Source: Sulfurospirillaceae bacterium (GTDB lineage: Bacteria; Campylobacterota; Campylobacteria; Campylobacterales; Sulfurospirillaceae). Taken from it: 64,000 nt of DNA. The stretch covers positions 96,001-160,000 of the forward strand of contig JAWVXD010000005.1 in NCBI GenBank assembly GCA_033723415.1, in the 5' to 3' direction. Position 1 is the first letter of the stretch; every line of letters starts with the position of its first letter. Made by a program: the position numbers and the translations under genes. The notes below the pieces were generated by a model that had not been told where the DNA came from, made no database searches, and saw nothing but the letters and a program-made list of their open reading frames with translations. Positions 31,093-42,840 of the stretch are shown here, piece by piece.

Positions 31093-31840
31093 TTCTTATA
31101 TCCTTAAATTCTACTTGCATTTTAAAAATTCCACCTTCCGTATATGGTGGAAACTCTTTGTCTTTCATCTGTTCTAAAAAATCTAACAATTTAGAATTAA
31201 ACTCATCATTATATGAAAGTTTTTCTATTTTATAACTAAATTTTCCCAAAGTATCAATATATATTATTACCGAAGCCTTATTTCCTGAGACAGTATCTAT
31301 AGTATTTTGCCAATTTTCATCTAATATTTGTGTCACTTGTCCTCTAAATTTATCTATAACTCCATTTTTTGTTGAAGACAAATTAGTCTGTTTTTCAAAA
31401 TTTAATGATTCAACTAATTTTTTAGCGTCATCTTTTTTGACAACTTCTTGAGCAACTTTTTTTGGATTTTTTAATTGTTTTCTAGATTCAATTACTCTTT
31501 GTTTTTTTGGTTCTTCCATTTTTTTAACGTCTATTTTGTCAAAAAGTCCTTTAAGTGCAACTTTTTTTGGACTTTTAGCTTCCATCCTTTTTGGACTTAC
31601 CTTGCTAATTGCCTTTTTCTCTATCTTTTTTTCTTGTCGTTTATGCGTTTTGTGAATTACTCGTTTTTTTGTTTTGTGCTCAACTAAAGTTATATCTAAA
31701 ACATTATTTTTTGAGATAACATAATTTATGTTATTTTTTATCCTACTTTGCAGGTATACTCCAAGGGAAAACACTATAATGATATAGAAAGCAAAAGATA
31801 AAGTAAAGCCAATTAAATTGTATTTTGACTTATCAGGCAT
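31085..31840 (-). CDS. tolA: TolA/TonB-like energy transducer
   Basis: N-terminal TM, Lys-rich linker, TonB_C-like C-terminus; operon position. Confidence 0.75.
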   Translation of the reverse strand: MPDKSKYNLIGFTLSFAFYIIIVFSLGVYLQSRIKNNINYVISKNNVLDITLVEHKTKKRVIHKTHKRQEKKIEKKAISKVSPKRMEAKSPKKVALKGLFDKIDVKKMEEPKKQRVIESRKQLKNPKKVAQEVVKKDDAKKLVESLNFEKQTNLSSTKNGVIDKFRGQVTQILDENWQNTIDTVSGNKASVIIYIDTLGKFSYKIEKLSYNDEFNSKLLDFLEQMKDKEFPPYTEGGIFKMQVEFKDIRNE

Positions 31841-31843
31841 ATT

Positions 31844-32233
31844 TTAACCGCTTGTTTCGAGTGATACTTTTGTAAATCCAGCTTCTTTTACACTTTTCAA
31901 TACATACATCACATCTTTATACTGCAAAGATTCATCTGCTTTAATATAAATAATCGTATCTAAAGAATATTTGTTTTTTAACATTATGAAATTATCTGCA
32001 AATTCTTTTAATAAAAAAGAGTCATTTTTAATGTGCACTTTTTTATCGCTGCTAATTCTTATCTCAAGTTCCGGAAGTTTTTTTACAACAGAAGATCTTG
32101 AACCATCAGGCAAAACAATCTTCTCTTGATAAACCATAGCAGGAGTTGTAACCATCAAAATAGCTAGTAAAACTAGCATAATATCAACCAATGGGGTGAT
32201 ATTTAATTCGGGAGCATCATCCCAATCAAACAT
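31844..32233 (-). CDS. tolR: TolR/ExbD family protein
   Basis: LNITPLVDIMLVLL, IKAD. Confidence 0.85.
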   Translation of the reverse strand: MFDWDDAPELNITPLVDIMLVLLAILMVTTPAMVYQEKIVLPDGSRSSVVKKLPELEIRISSDKKVHIKNDSFLLKEFADNFIMLKNKYSLDTIIYIKADESLQYKDVMYVLKSVKEAGFTKVSLETSG

Positions 32234-32828
32234 TGCTACTTGAATCCTTGTTAGTTTTTTCTATATTTGCAAGTAGTAGTTCCATCTCTCTGTGAACACA
32301 TACTAACACTTCATATGCTTTTCTTTTTAAGAACAGATGAATGCTATATGCAGGAATAGCAACAAATATCCCAGCAGCAGTAGCAATTAGAGCTTCACTG
32401 ATTGCAGGAGCTATAACTCCAAGAGAAGCACTCCCGCTTTGTCCCAAACCACTGAATGTATCCAATATCGATACAACAGTTCCAAACAGGCCAATAAACG
32501 GAGATGTTGAAGCAATTATAGATAAAATCCAAAGTCCATTTGTAGCATTCTTTTCCGCTACACTTTTGCATACGTTTAAAAGATTCTCTTGTGAACCTAT
32601 AGCACTAGAACATTTACGCAGTATCGAGTCATCTCTCACATTTCTAGCACCCATAAGCATTGATTCTAATGAACTTTGTTCAACTCTAAGCCAAGAGTTA
32701 AGAAAGAAATATCTGCTTAGTAAAACACCAAAAGTAGTTATAAAATATATTGATAACCACATAATTACAAATAATGTAATATAACTACTTCTGGAAAAAT
32801 AATTTATTAATAAATCTACAGCTAACAT
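32226..32828 (-). CDS. tolQ: TolQ/ExbB family proton channel
   Basis: SPFIGLFGTV, ISEALIATAAGIFVAIPA. Confidence 0.85.
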   Translation of the reverse strand: MLAVDLLINYFSRSSYITLFVIMWLSIYFITTFGVLLSRYFFLNSWLRVEQSSLESMLMGARNVRDDSILRKCSSAIGSQENLLNVCKSVAEKNATNGLWILSIIASTSPFIGLFGTVVSILDTFSGLGQSGSASLGVIAPAISEALIATAAGIFVAIPAYSIHLFLKRKAYEVLVCVHREMELLLANIEKTNKDSSSNV

Positions 32829-32834
32829 ATTAGA

Positions 32835-33227
32835 TTAATGTCTATTTTTCAAAACAGAGTCAATTTTGGCAAATGCTGTTGCAATCGCCATATCAGAGTC
32901 ACTCATACTTTTGATTAGTTTTTTACCGTCCTCTATAGCTTTGGATACTGCACTATCATTGTCACCAATAATAGCTACAGCACCATCAACTAAAACAGTT
33001 ACTTTACTTTCATCGATCTTTGTATGTCCCCAGTCAATAGCTACGATTTCATGTTTTGAATTCTGAAGTTCTATATCAATAATCCCTGCTTTTAAAAGAG
33101 ATACTAAGGAAGCGTGGTGCGGTAAAACACCAAACTCACCTTCACTTCCTGGAAGAGTAACACTTTTTACATCATCTTCAAAAATTTTACCATCTGGAGT
33201 TACAATCTCAAGTTTCAATGTTTCCAT
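32835..33227 (-). CDS. atpC: ATP synthase epsilon subunit
   Basis: LEIVTPDG, GEFGVLPHH. Confidence 0.96.
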   Translation of the reverse strand: METLKLEIVTPDGKIFEDDVKSVTLPGSEGEFGVLPHHASLVSLLKAGIIDIELQNSKHEIVAIDWGHTKIDESKVTVLVDGAVAIIGDNDSAVSKAIEDGKKLIKSMSDSDMAIATAFAKIDSVLKNRH

Positions 33228-33247
33228 AATTTTACCTTATTTAAAGC

Positions 33248-34678
<1,431 letters not shown>

Positions 34679-35569
34679 TTATTTCATAGACTCAACACCA
34701 CTGATTATCTCTATTAATTCAGTAGTAATTGACTCTTGTCTAGCTTTATTATAAGCTAGTGTTAACTTATGTACACGCTCTGCTGCATTATTTGTTGCAT
34801 TATCCATAGCTTGCATTCTTGCACTATGTTCTGCTGCCAAAGAATCAATAAGGGCATAATACATATTGTACTCAAAATATTTTTTTATTAGTGAATTGAG
34901 TATAGTTTCATCTTCTTCCGGTTCCAATTCCATCATAGATTTGGATTCTTCTTCTTGTGTGCTTATTATAGGCTCGGCTATAGGAACAACATCTACAACT
35001 TTTAATTCTTGAGATATCATATTCTTGTAACCGTTGTGAACCAAGATAACTTTGTCTGTAAGTCCACTTTCAAAATCTTCTATCGCTTTAGTAATAATAT
35101 CTTGCGCTTTTTCATAAGTTGGAGATGAACTAATTCCGATATAGTTCTGTAAAAGGTTAACTCCTTGAAATCTAAAGAAATCTATCCCTTTTCTTCCTAC
35201 AGCAATCAATCTTACTTCAATATTTTTTTCACTATATTCATGGATTAATCTTTGAACTTGCTTAATAGTTTGAATATTAAATCCACCACACAAGCCTTTA
35301 TCTGCCGTAACAAAGATTATATCAACTTTTTGAATATTTTTTTCAAGATCAAAATATCGACTATCAATCCCACCTATCTTATATTGGTTTATTTTATAAG
35401 CAATTTCAGATAAAACTTCATTTATTTTTTGTGCATACACTCTAGATTTTTTTGCCGCCATCTCTGCTCTTCTTAGCTTTGCAGTAGATACCAGTTTCAT
35501 GGCTCTAGTTGTTTTTTTGGTGTTTTCTACACTTTTAATTTTTCTTTTTATCTCTTTTAGATTTGCCAT
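34679..35569 (-). CDS. atpG: ATP synthase gamma subunit
   Basis: [26 protein letters not shown]. Confidence 0.98.
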   Translation of the reverse strand: MANLKEIKRKIKSVENTKKTTRAMKLVSTAKLRRAEMAAKKSRVYAQKINEVLSEIAYKINQYKIGGIDSRYFDLEKNIQKVDIIFVTADKGLCGGFNIQTIKQVQRLIHEYSEKNIEVRLIAVGRKGIDFFRFQGVNLLQNYIGISSSPTYEKAQDIITKAIEDFESGLTDKVILVHNGYKNMISQELKVVDVVPIAEPIISTQEEESKSMMELEPEEDETILNSLIKKYFEYNMYYALIDSLAAEHSARMQAMDNATNNAAERVHKLTLAYNKARQESITTELIEIISGVESMK

Positions 35570-35578
35570 AGCTTATCC

Positions 35579-37096
35579 TTATTTCACTATAAATGTTGCT
35601 TTAAACTCATTCAATGCTACACTTAATAGTTCTTCTAAGTCTTTATCAATCATTTTTTTATTTCTGATTTGCTCTAGAATTTGTGGAAATTTTGCTTCTA
35701 TAAAAGAATCTAATTCTGCTTCAAATTTTGTCACGTCTTCCACTTCGATATCATCTAAGAATCCTTTTGCACCAGCATAAACAATAACAACTTGCTTCTC
35801 TACAGGAAGAGGTGAATAAGGTGGTTGCTTTAGAACTTCAACCATTCTTTGTCCTCTTTCTAACTGATTTCTACTTGATTCGTCTAAGTCACTCGCAAAT
35901 TGAGCAAATGCTTGCAATTCTCTATATTGAGCCAAATCAAGTCTCAAAGTACCGGCAACTTGCTTGGTAGCCTTGATTTGAGCAGCACCACCAACACGAG
36001 AAACTGAAAGTCCGACATTGATAGCTGGACGTATTCCTGAGTTGAAAAGATCTGATTCCAAGAATATTTGACCATCTGTGATAGATATAACATTTGTAGG
36101 AATATATGCTGAAACATCACCTGCCTGTGTTTCGATAATAGGAAGAGCTGTCAAACTTCCTGCGCCTAGTTCATCACTTAGTTTTGCAGCACGTTCAAGT
36201 AATCTAGAGTGTAGATAAAAAACATCTCCAGGATATGCTTCACGACCCGGAGGACGTCTTAATATCAGTGACATTTCACGATAAGCCACGGCATGCTTTG
36301 AAAGATCATCATATACAATTAGTCCGTGTCTTGAGCTGTCTCTAAAATATTCACCCATAGAAACACCTGCATATGGAGCTAGGTACTGCAGTGTTGCTGA
36401 GTCTGATGCTCCTGCTGCAACTACAATTGTATATTCCATAGCGCCATGCTCTTCTAATTTTTTAACTATCTGAGCTATTGTTGATTGTTTTTGTCCAATA
36501 GCAACATAGATACACACAACATCTTGTCCCTTTTGATTTATGATAGTATCAATTGCAACAGTTGTTTTCCCTGTTTGCCTATCGCCGATGATAAGTTCTC
36601 TTTGTCCTCGACCTATCGGGACAAGTGCATCAATAGCTTTTATACCTGTTTGAAGTGGTTCATGTACTGATTTTCTGGCCATAATACCTAGTGCTTTTTC
36701 TTCAACAAATCTTGTTTCTGTTGTTTCAATCGGGCCTTTTCCGTCTATTGGATCTCCAAGTGGATTAACAACACGACCTATTAGTGCTTCTCCTACAGGA
36801 ACTCTAAGAAGTTTACCAAGTCTTTTTACAGATGTTCCTTCTTTAACATCAGATCCACTACCTAAAATAACGATACCGACACTTGATTCTTCAAGATTTA
36901 GTGCCATACCTCTTTCGCCATCTTCAAATTCAACCATTTCTCCGGCCATAACATTTTTCAAACCATAGACATTGGCAACACCATCAGCTATTGAGATAAC
37001 TTTTCCGGTTTCTTCAACATCTATATTTAATTCAAAATTTTCGATACGCTCTTTAATGATTGAACTGATTTCGTCAGCTTTCATTTTTACTCCCAC
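35579..37096 (-). CDS. atpA: ATP synthase alpha subunit
   Basis: [23 protein letters not shown]. Confidence 0.99.
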   Translation of the reverse strand: MGVKMKADEISSIIKERIENFELNIDVEETGKVISIADGVANVYGLKNVMAGEMVEFEDGERGMALNLEESSVGIVILGSGSDVKEGTSVKRLGKLLRVPVGEALIGRVVNPLGDPIDGKGPIETTETRFVEEKALGIMARKSVHEPLQTGIKAIDALVPIGRGQRELIIGDRQTGKTTVAIDTIINQKGQDVVCIYVAIGQKQSTIAQIVKKLEEHGAMEYTIVVAAGASDSATLQYLAPYAGVSMGEYFRDSSRHGLIVYDDLSKHAVAYREMSLILRRPPGREAYPGDVFYLHSRLLERAAKLSDELGAGSLTALPIIETQAGDVSAYIPTNVISITDGQIFLESDLFNSGIRPAINVGLSVSRVGGAAQIKATKQVAGTLRLDLAQYRELQAFAQFASDLDESSRNQLERGQRMVEVLKQPPYSPLPVEKQVVIVYAGAKGFLDDIEVEDVTKFEAELDSFIEAKFPQILEQIRNKKMIDKDLEELLSVALNEFKATFIVK

Positions 37097-37134
37097 AAAA
37101 TACTCCTTAAATTCTTTTTAATTTAATTTATTTA

Positions 37135-37194
37135 TTAGCTTGAAAAACCCAAACTAAATTAATCTCATTAAAGTTACGACTCTCGTCGAGAACT
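37135..37194. repeat. structured intergenic repeat, copy 1 (atpH-atpA)
   Basis: Core TCTCATTAAAGTTACGACTCTCGTCGAGAA matches 39705-39733 at 26/30 columns; adjacent hairpin. Confidence 0.75.
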
Positions 37195-37205
37195 CTAAAG
37201 CTTCT

Positions 37206-37736
37206 TTATATTGCTTTTAAAATATGCTCTGCCATTTGTGCTTTTAAACGATTTATAGAAAAACTAATCTCTAAACCTAAATCATCTATTTCAACTTTTA
37301 CTCCAGGATATTGTTCCTTTGACACATTTAATTTTATATCTGAATTAAATTTTTTACTAAAATTTTCTTCCAACATCTTAAGTTTATCATCAGATATGTC
37401 AAAATCACTTGATATAACTGCTTCGTATTGATTGTTTTTTACTGCCATTTGATATTTAAATTCATCACAAATTTGTGGAATCAAACTCAACCTGTCATTA
37501 TCGTTAAGCAGTTTTATAAAATTGATAAATTTTTTATCTTCCGTTTCTGTTAAAGACAATACAAACTGTTCTTTTTGTTTTTTATCTATATCCGGAGACT
37601 GAATGATATTTATAAATTTTTTATCATTATAAACTAAGGACAATTTTTGAAGTATCTCCATAGTAGCTTTCAATTTATCTTCGCTACTGCTTTTTATCAA
37701 AGCATTTACGTATTTTTTAGCTATTTCTCCACTCAT
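37206..37736 (-). CDS. atpH: ATP synthase delta subunit
   Basis: IAKKYVNAL N-terminus; position before atpA. Confidence 0.92.
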   Translation of the reverse strand: MSGEIAKKYVNALIKSSSEDKLKATMEILQKLSLVYNDKKFINIIQSPDIDKKQKEQFVLSLTETEDKKFINFIKLLNDNDRLSLIPQICDEFKYQMAVKNNQYEAVISSDFDISDDKLKMLEENFSKKFNSDIKLNVSKEQYPGVKVEIDDLGLEISFSINRLKAQMAEHILKAI

Positions 37737-38264
37737 CTAGGCAACCTTTTTCATGACAATATCCAACATTTTGTCTTTTTCTAAAGAAATTGAATCTGCT
37801 TTGAACATCTCATCTAAAATTTCAGAAATGACTTCTCTAGTCATTTTTCGTCTTTCAATTTGAATCTGATCTTCAAACCCTTTTTTCATAATTTCTAATT
37901 CCATCTCTAGGTCTGAGAAAATTTTGGATTTTACTATCTCAATTTCTTCTTTAGTTGTTTCAACAATATTTTTTGCTTGAACTTTTGCTTTTGTAATAAG
38001 TTCCTTTGCTTCTTCTTTTTCTTTGTTGCTTTCTTTTAATTTTTCCTGTATAGAATTTAGTCTATCTGCTATAGCGGTTTTTCTTCCTACAAAAAAGTTC
38101 TTAATAGGTTCAGCTATTAAATAATATAAAATACCTGCAAAAATAAAGAAGTTGATAGCTCTTGGAATAATATCATACTCAGCACCACCGCTTTCTCCTG
38201 TTGCAGCAAAAATAACTGTAGGAACTGTAAGTAAGACTATGTAGAGTTTATTTTTCATACGCAT
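37737..38264 (-). CDS. atpF: ATP synthase F0 subunit b
   Basis: INFFIFAGILYY TM followed by coiled coil. Confidence 0.92.
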   Translation of the reverse strand: MRMKNKLYIVLLTVPTVIFAATGESGGAEYDIIPRAINFFIFAGILYYLIAEPIKNFFVGRKTAIADRLNSIQEKLKESNKEKEEAKELITKAKVQAKNIVETTKEEIEIVKSKIFSDLEMELEIMKKGFEDQIQIERRKMTREVISEILDEMFKADSISLEKDKMLDIVMKKVA

Positions 38265-38269
38265 ATCTC

Positions 38270-38695
38270 CTAGATTCGACTTAATTTAGTTTTAATATCT
38301 TCATTGAAAGCAGGTAAACTTTCAAGCAATGCATTTTTTAATTCAACTTTTTGAGCACTTAGCTCTTTTAAATAATTTGCAAAATCACTTTCCGCCAAAT
38401 TTTTATTTTTTTCTATTTTTTTAGCAGCTTCATCCCTAGCAGCACTCAAGGCAGCCTCTCTTATTTTATTTGCTTCAGTCTTAGCATCTAAAATAATTTT
38501 TTCTGCTTCTTCTTTGTAAGCAGCAATATCATTATTGTTTTTGCCCGCATTTTCCAAATCTTTTTTTATGGATTTATCCCGATTCTCCATAAAATTTAAA
38601 AGCGGTCGATATAATGTTTTGTTTAACAAGACCAACAAAATCAAAAAAATAACACCGGTTACCAATAAAAGCGCCGGTATAACATCCAAATGCAT
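38270..38695 (-). CDS. ATP synthase F0 subunit b'
   Basis: TM plus LYRPLLNFMENR and coiled coil; first gene of the atp block. Confidence 0.9.
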   Translation of the reverse strand: MHLDVIPALLLVTGVIFLILLVLLNKTLYRPLLNFMENRDKSIKKDLENAGKNNNDIAAYKEEAEKIILDAKTEANKIREAALSAARDEAAKKIEKNKNLAESDFANYLKELSAQKVELKNALLESLPAFNEDIKTKLSRI

Positions 38696-38806
38696 ATATT
38701 TACTCCTCCATATTGAGATTATACTAGATAAAATTTATTTTATTCAGATTCTAAAACGCACAGATTTTACCATAAGTTTATATATTGTTTTATTAAACAG
38801 ATAAAT

Positions 38807-39661
38807 CTATGATAATTTTTTGAAAAACTTATCTATTTTTTCTTCGCTGTCGAGTGTTATAGTTATACTATTTTTGCTAACTTTACTTTTAAATCCAAGC
38901 TCATGTAGTTTTATTTTAACGCTCTTTAGATTTTCTTGTGCTATGGTCAAAGGTTTTTGTTTTTTTTCAGTTAAATTACTTTTAGATTTAAGTTTTTTAA
39001 CTAGAAGTTCCGTATCTCTAACACTTAATTTTTGCCCTAATATCGTATTTACTACGTCAAGCTCATCTTCTTTAGACAATCCAACTATGATTTTGGCATG
39101 TCCTTGAGATAATTTTCCGTTGGCTAGTAGATCTTTTGTTTTTTCATCTAGAGAGAGCAACCTGATAGTATTTGTTATTTGTGTTCTACTTTTGTGTATA
39201 ATACTCGATAGACCTTCTTGAGTAATACTATATTCTTCAATTAGCTCTTTGTAAGAAATCGCCAATTCTATAGGATTTAGATCTTCTCTTTGAATATTTT
39301 CAATTAAAGCTAATTCTCTGAGATTTTTAGACTCGATATCAGCGATGATTGCTTTGATCTTGTCTATTCCTGCCAACTTTGTGGCACGAAGTCTTCTCTC
39401 TCCTGCCAACAGCACAAATCTGTCATCCTTCTTGATAACAATAATCGGCTGTAACAGACCATGCTGTTTTATAGACTCGCTTAACTCATGCAAAGCTTCT
39501 TCATTAAAATATGTTCTTGGCTGATAAGGATTTGGAGAAATCAACTCTACAGGTATCTCTCTAACTAAATCATTTGAATCTTCTATATCTTGTCTGTAAG
39601 CTTCTTCAACATCATCTATTATAGCACTAAGACCTCTTCCCAAAGCTTTTTTTGCACTCAT
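38807..39661 (-). CDS. parB: chromosome partitioning protein ParB
   Basis: LGRGL, NPYQPR, GERRLRA, ENIQREDL. Confidence 0.96.
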   Translation of the reverse strand: MSAKKALGRGLSAIIDDVEEAYRQDIEDSNDLVREIPVELISPNPYQPRTYFNEEALHELSESIKQHGLLQPIIVIKKDDRFVLLAGERRLRATKLAGIDKIKAIIADIESKNLRELALIENIQREDLNPIELAISYKELIEEYSITQEGLSSIIHKSRTQITNTIRLLSLDEKTKDLLANGKLSQGHAKIIVGLSKEDELDVVNTILGQKLSVRDTELLVKKLKSKSNLTEKKQKPLTIAQENLKSVKIKLHELGFKSKVSKNSITITLDSEEKIDKFFKKLS

Positions 39662-39741
39662 CAACTGTCTCCTTTGACTTGAAACTCGTCCAAAGTCAAA
39701 TTCCTCTCACTAAAGCTACGATTCCGTCGAGAATTTATCAT
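39661..39741 (-). CDS. putative 26-aa small ORF between parA and parB (MINSRRNRSFSERNLTLDEFQVKGDS)
   Basis: AAGGAG SD 9 nt upstream of ATG; TGA overlaps the parB ATG (TGATG); below the ORF-track length cutoff. Confidence 0.35.
   Translation of the reverse strand: MINSRRNRSFSERNLTLDEFQVKGDS
39673..39734. repeat. structured intergenic repeat, copy 2 (parA-parB), flanked by a 16-bp direct repeat
   Basis: Homologous to 37135-37194; flanks ATCAACTGTCTCCTTT (39660-39675) and ATCAACCGTCTCCTTT (39742-39757). Confidence 0.75.
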
Positions 39742-39755
39742 ATCAACCGTCTCCT

Positions 39756-40541
39756 TTAGCTTGCTAAAATTGAATTAGCTAGATTTTGGTAAGCTTGAGA
39801 GCCTGCAGAAGTCACATCATATAAAATGATTGGTTTTCCAAAACTTGGAGATTCTGCTAATTTTATATTTCTAGGAATAACAACATAAGAAGATGATTTT
39901 TTATCTAAAAATAATTTATTTTTAAAATGTTGTTTCAAATCGGCAAATACTTGTTTAGAAAGATTATTTTGCTTACTATACATCGTAGGTAAAAAACCTT
40001 TGATATCAAGATTTGGATTTATGGTTTTTTTGATAAGTTTAACAGTGTTCAAAAGTTGAGCCAATCCTTCCAATGCAAAGAACTCACACTGAATAGGTAT
40101 AATTACAGAGTTAGCTGCGCTTAAAGCATTTATCGTAATACTTCCTAATGCAGGAGGTGAATCTATTATAATATAATCATAATCTTTTTTTATTTCTTCA
40201 ATCTTATTCTTTAGAATTAACTCTCTGCCCTTTGTTTTTGCATCATAAAACTCTTTTTCTACACCGACCAACCCAATGTTTGAGGGAGCAAGATGCAATG
40301 TAGGGAGAGAAGTATTCAAAATTACTTCAGAAAGTTTTTTTCTATCTATCAAAACATGATATATGTTATATTCATAGTCACTTCTATGAAACCCTAGACC
40401 GGTAGTAGCATTTGATTGCGGATCTATATCTATAAGTAAGACTTTCTTCTCTGCAACTGCTAGAGATGCAGCAAGATTAATCGCCGTTGTAGTTTTACCA
40501 ACGCCACCCTTTTGATTTGCTATAGCTATAATTTCACTCAT
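39756..40541 (-). CDS. parA: chromosome partitioning ATPase ParA/Soj
   Basis: NQKGGVGKTT, DIDPQ, DSPP, LAESPSFG. Confidence 0.96.
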   Translation of the reverse strand: MSEIIAIANQKGGVGKTTTAINLAASLAVAEKKVLLIDIDPQSNATTGLGFHRSDYEYNIYHVLIDRKKLSEVILNTSLPTLHLAPSNIGLVGVEKEFYDAKTKGRELILKNKIEEIKKDYDYIIIDSPPALGSITINALSAANSVIIPIQCEFFALEGLAQLLNTVKLIKKTINPNLDIKGFLPTMYSKQNNLSKQVFADLKQHFKNKLFLDKKSSSYVVIPRNIKLAESPSFGKPIILYDVTSAGSQAYQNLANSILAS

Positions 40542-41173
40542 CTTAAACCATACACCTTTTTATTTTCTATCTCTACAGAACCATCATGGCACAGTGTCGC
40601 ATCCGATAAAGACTTCAATTCACTACCCAAATGAAAGAAGTGATCTTTATGATTTTCATATTCTATCTTATATTTACTAAAAACTTTCTTCCATGTAATT
40701 TTTTTATCTAATACTTCTAAAAAATTATTTGCAAAAGTTCTAGGTTCGATAAAGACATCTAAAATGCCAAATTCAGGTGGTGCTTCTACTACATTAATGC
40801 CCATTGAACCTATCATTAAATTTCCGATTTTCGTAGTAATAACCCCTCCGATTTTTTTGTCATCTATATATATATCATTTGGCCATTTTATCCAAATCTT
40901 CGAGCCATAAGTCAATAAAACTTCTTTCGCTAACCAAGCAAAATATATAGAAGTTGATGCTAATTGTAAATCTTTAGGTAAGTGTTTCTCTTCTACACAA
41001 AATGATATAAAAATATTTCCATATTGCCCTATCCAAGAATTTCCTCTACTGCCAATGCCGTCACTTTGAAAATCAGTACCTATTAAAGTTGCTTCTTTGA
41101 TTTCACCACTTTTAACCTGAGATACAAGATATTTGTGGGTAGAATCAATAGTATTAAACCAGTTTATCACCAA
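40538..41173 (-). CDS. birA: biotin-protein ligase (no HTH domain)
   Basis: IDST, QSDGIGSRGNSW, KWPND, KIGG; start approximate. Confidence 0.9.
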   Translation of the reverse strand: MVINWFNTIDSTHKYLVSQVKSGEIKEATLIGTDFQSDGIGSRGNSWIGQYGNIFISFCVEEKHLPKDLQLASTSIYFAWLAKEVLLTYGSKIWIKWPNDIYIDDKKIGGVITTKIGNLMIGSMGINVVEAPPEFGILDVFIEPRTFANNFLEVLDKKITWKKVFSKYKIEYENHKDHFFHLGSELKSLSDATLCHDGSVEIENKKVYGLR

Positions 41174-42071
41174 TGTTTTGCCTTTTACCACGAATATAAT
41201 CTACTACATTTATCTCTTTTTTTGATGGTGCTTGAACTTTTTTAATCTTTAACAATCCTCTTTTACAAGTAACTACGACACCATCTTCTAAAATATTTTG
41301 TATGATTCCATCTTCGTCATTATTAGTTTTTTCATCAAGTAGCTCAAGCTCTTTGATTTTTAGCCCATTTTGCGTAAAGATCCCAGGCCAGGGAACAAAT
41401 GCTCTATATTTAGTGTATATCTGGGTAGCATTTTCAAAATTTTCGATAAGTCCATTTTCTTTTTTTATTTTTTTACAATATGTTGCATCTGCATTCAACT
41501 GCTCAATAGGTTTTACAAATTTAAAATCCTCAATAACCCTCAAACATAAAGAAGCTGCAGCAGTTGAAAGTTCATAAAAAAGTTCATCTACTCGTTTATC
41601 TATACTTTCAACATATCTAAAAGCTAAAATGTCTCCGCTGTCAAGTCCTTCTTCCATTTGCATTGCAGTAACACCTGTATATTTGTCATTATTCAGGATT
41701 GAAGATTGAATTGGACTAGCTCCTCTAAAATGAGGTAATATAGATGCGTGTAAGTTAATGCAAGGAGCAATATCCAGGATTGGTTTGGGCAATATTTGTC
41801 CATATGCTGCTACTATGATAATATCAGGATGATATGAAATGATTTTTTCTTTAACTCCATCATTTCTAAGTGAATCAGGTTGAAATATGTCTATTTGGAT
41901 GTTATTATCAAGTGCCCATTTTTTGATATGAGGTGGAGTCAATATTTGTTTTCTGCCAACAGGTTTATCTTTTTGTGTGATCAAAAGAGGCACCGTTATA
42001 TTTTCCGCATTAACAAGCTTCTCTAAAATCTCTGTAGCATAATCAGGAGTTCCCATAAAAACTATGCGCAT
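41154..42071 (-). CDS. fmt: methionyl-tRNA formyltransferase
   Basis: MRIVFMGTPDY, INLHASILP.FRGASP. Confidence 0.96.
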   Translation of the reverse strand: MRIVFMGTPDYATEILEKLVNAENITVPLLITQKDKPVGRKQILTPPHIKKWALDNNIQIDIFQPDSLRNDGVKEKIISYHPDIIIVAAYGQILPKPILDIAPCINLHASILPHFRGASPIQSSILNNDKYTGVTAMQMEEGLDSGDILAFRYVESIDKRVDELFYELSTAAASLCLRVIEDFKFVKPIEQLNADATYCKKIKKENGLIENFENATQIYTKYRAFVPWPGIFTQNGLKIKELELLDEKTNNDEDGIIQNILEDGVVVTCKRGLLKIKKVQAPSKKEINVVDYIRGKRQNIGDKLV

Positions 42072-42075
42072 ATAA

Positions 42076-42840
42076 CTATCCTCTACTTGTAAACAGTGTT
42101 CCACCTAGATGTTTGCCATCTAGCATAAAGCTTTCAACATCTTTTAGATCAAAACCGCTTGCAATAAACATATCTCTTCCTTTTTTCAACATATAATCTG
42201 CTGCTTTCAATTTAGTGACTATACCACCTGTTGCGAACTGAAACGTAGTTGAACTTTCAACCAATAATTCACTCTCCCCAATCTCTCGCACAACTTTTTT
42301 CATAACTGCATCATCATGTTTATTTGGATCTTTATCATAATATCCATCTATATCCGACAATAATATAAGCATCTGAGCATCAAAATAATGCGCTACTCTG
42401 GCAGATAGTTGGTCATTGTCACCAAATACAAGTTCTTCAGTTGCTGTTGCATCGTTTTCATTGATAATGGGCAAAATGCCGTTTTTGATCAAAGTTTCAA
42501 CTGTACATTTCGCATAATAGCAGCTTTTTCTTGAGTCAAAATCATCTGCAGTCAAAAGCAGTTGTGCTCCAACTTTACCGAATTTTTCAAGTTTTTTATT
42601 ATAAGTAGCCATAAGCTGAGGCTGACCTATAGCTGCTATTGCTTGTCTATTGTTTAAGTTATTTTTGTCAATCTTCAGTAGTGAGTATCCAGCAGCGACT
42701 GCACCTGATGAAACAAGAATCACTTCGTGCTTTTCCATAAGTTTTACTAAAAATTCTATCAGGTTTAAGATTCTTGGTTTGTAAAGTCTATTTTGTTCAC
42801 TTAAAACATGAGTCCCTACTTTTACAACGATTCTACTCAT
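42076..42840 (-). CDS. proB: glutamate 5-kinase (no PUA domain)
   Basis: [32 protein letters not shown]. Confidence 0.95.
   Translation of the reverse strand: MSRIVVKVGTHVLSEQNRLYKPRILNLIEFLVKLMEKHEVILVSSGAVAAGYSLLKIDKNNLNNRQAIAAIGQPQLMATYNKKLEKFGKVGAQLLLTADDFDSRKSCYYAKCTVETLIKNGILPIINENDATATEELVFGDNDQLSARVAHYFDAQMLILLSDIDGYYDKDPNKHDDAVMKKVVREIGESELLVESSTTFQFATGGIVTKLKAADYMLKKGRDMFIASGFDLKDVESFMLDGKHLGGTLFTSRG

Noticed and set aside
37135..39734. Repeat element as a hammerhead, twister or pistol ribozyme, or as parS
   Set aside because: No CUGANGA/GAAA core or other known ribozyme consensus in both copies, and no match to TGTTTCACGTGAAACA.
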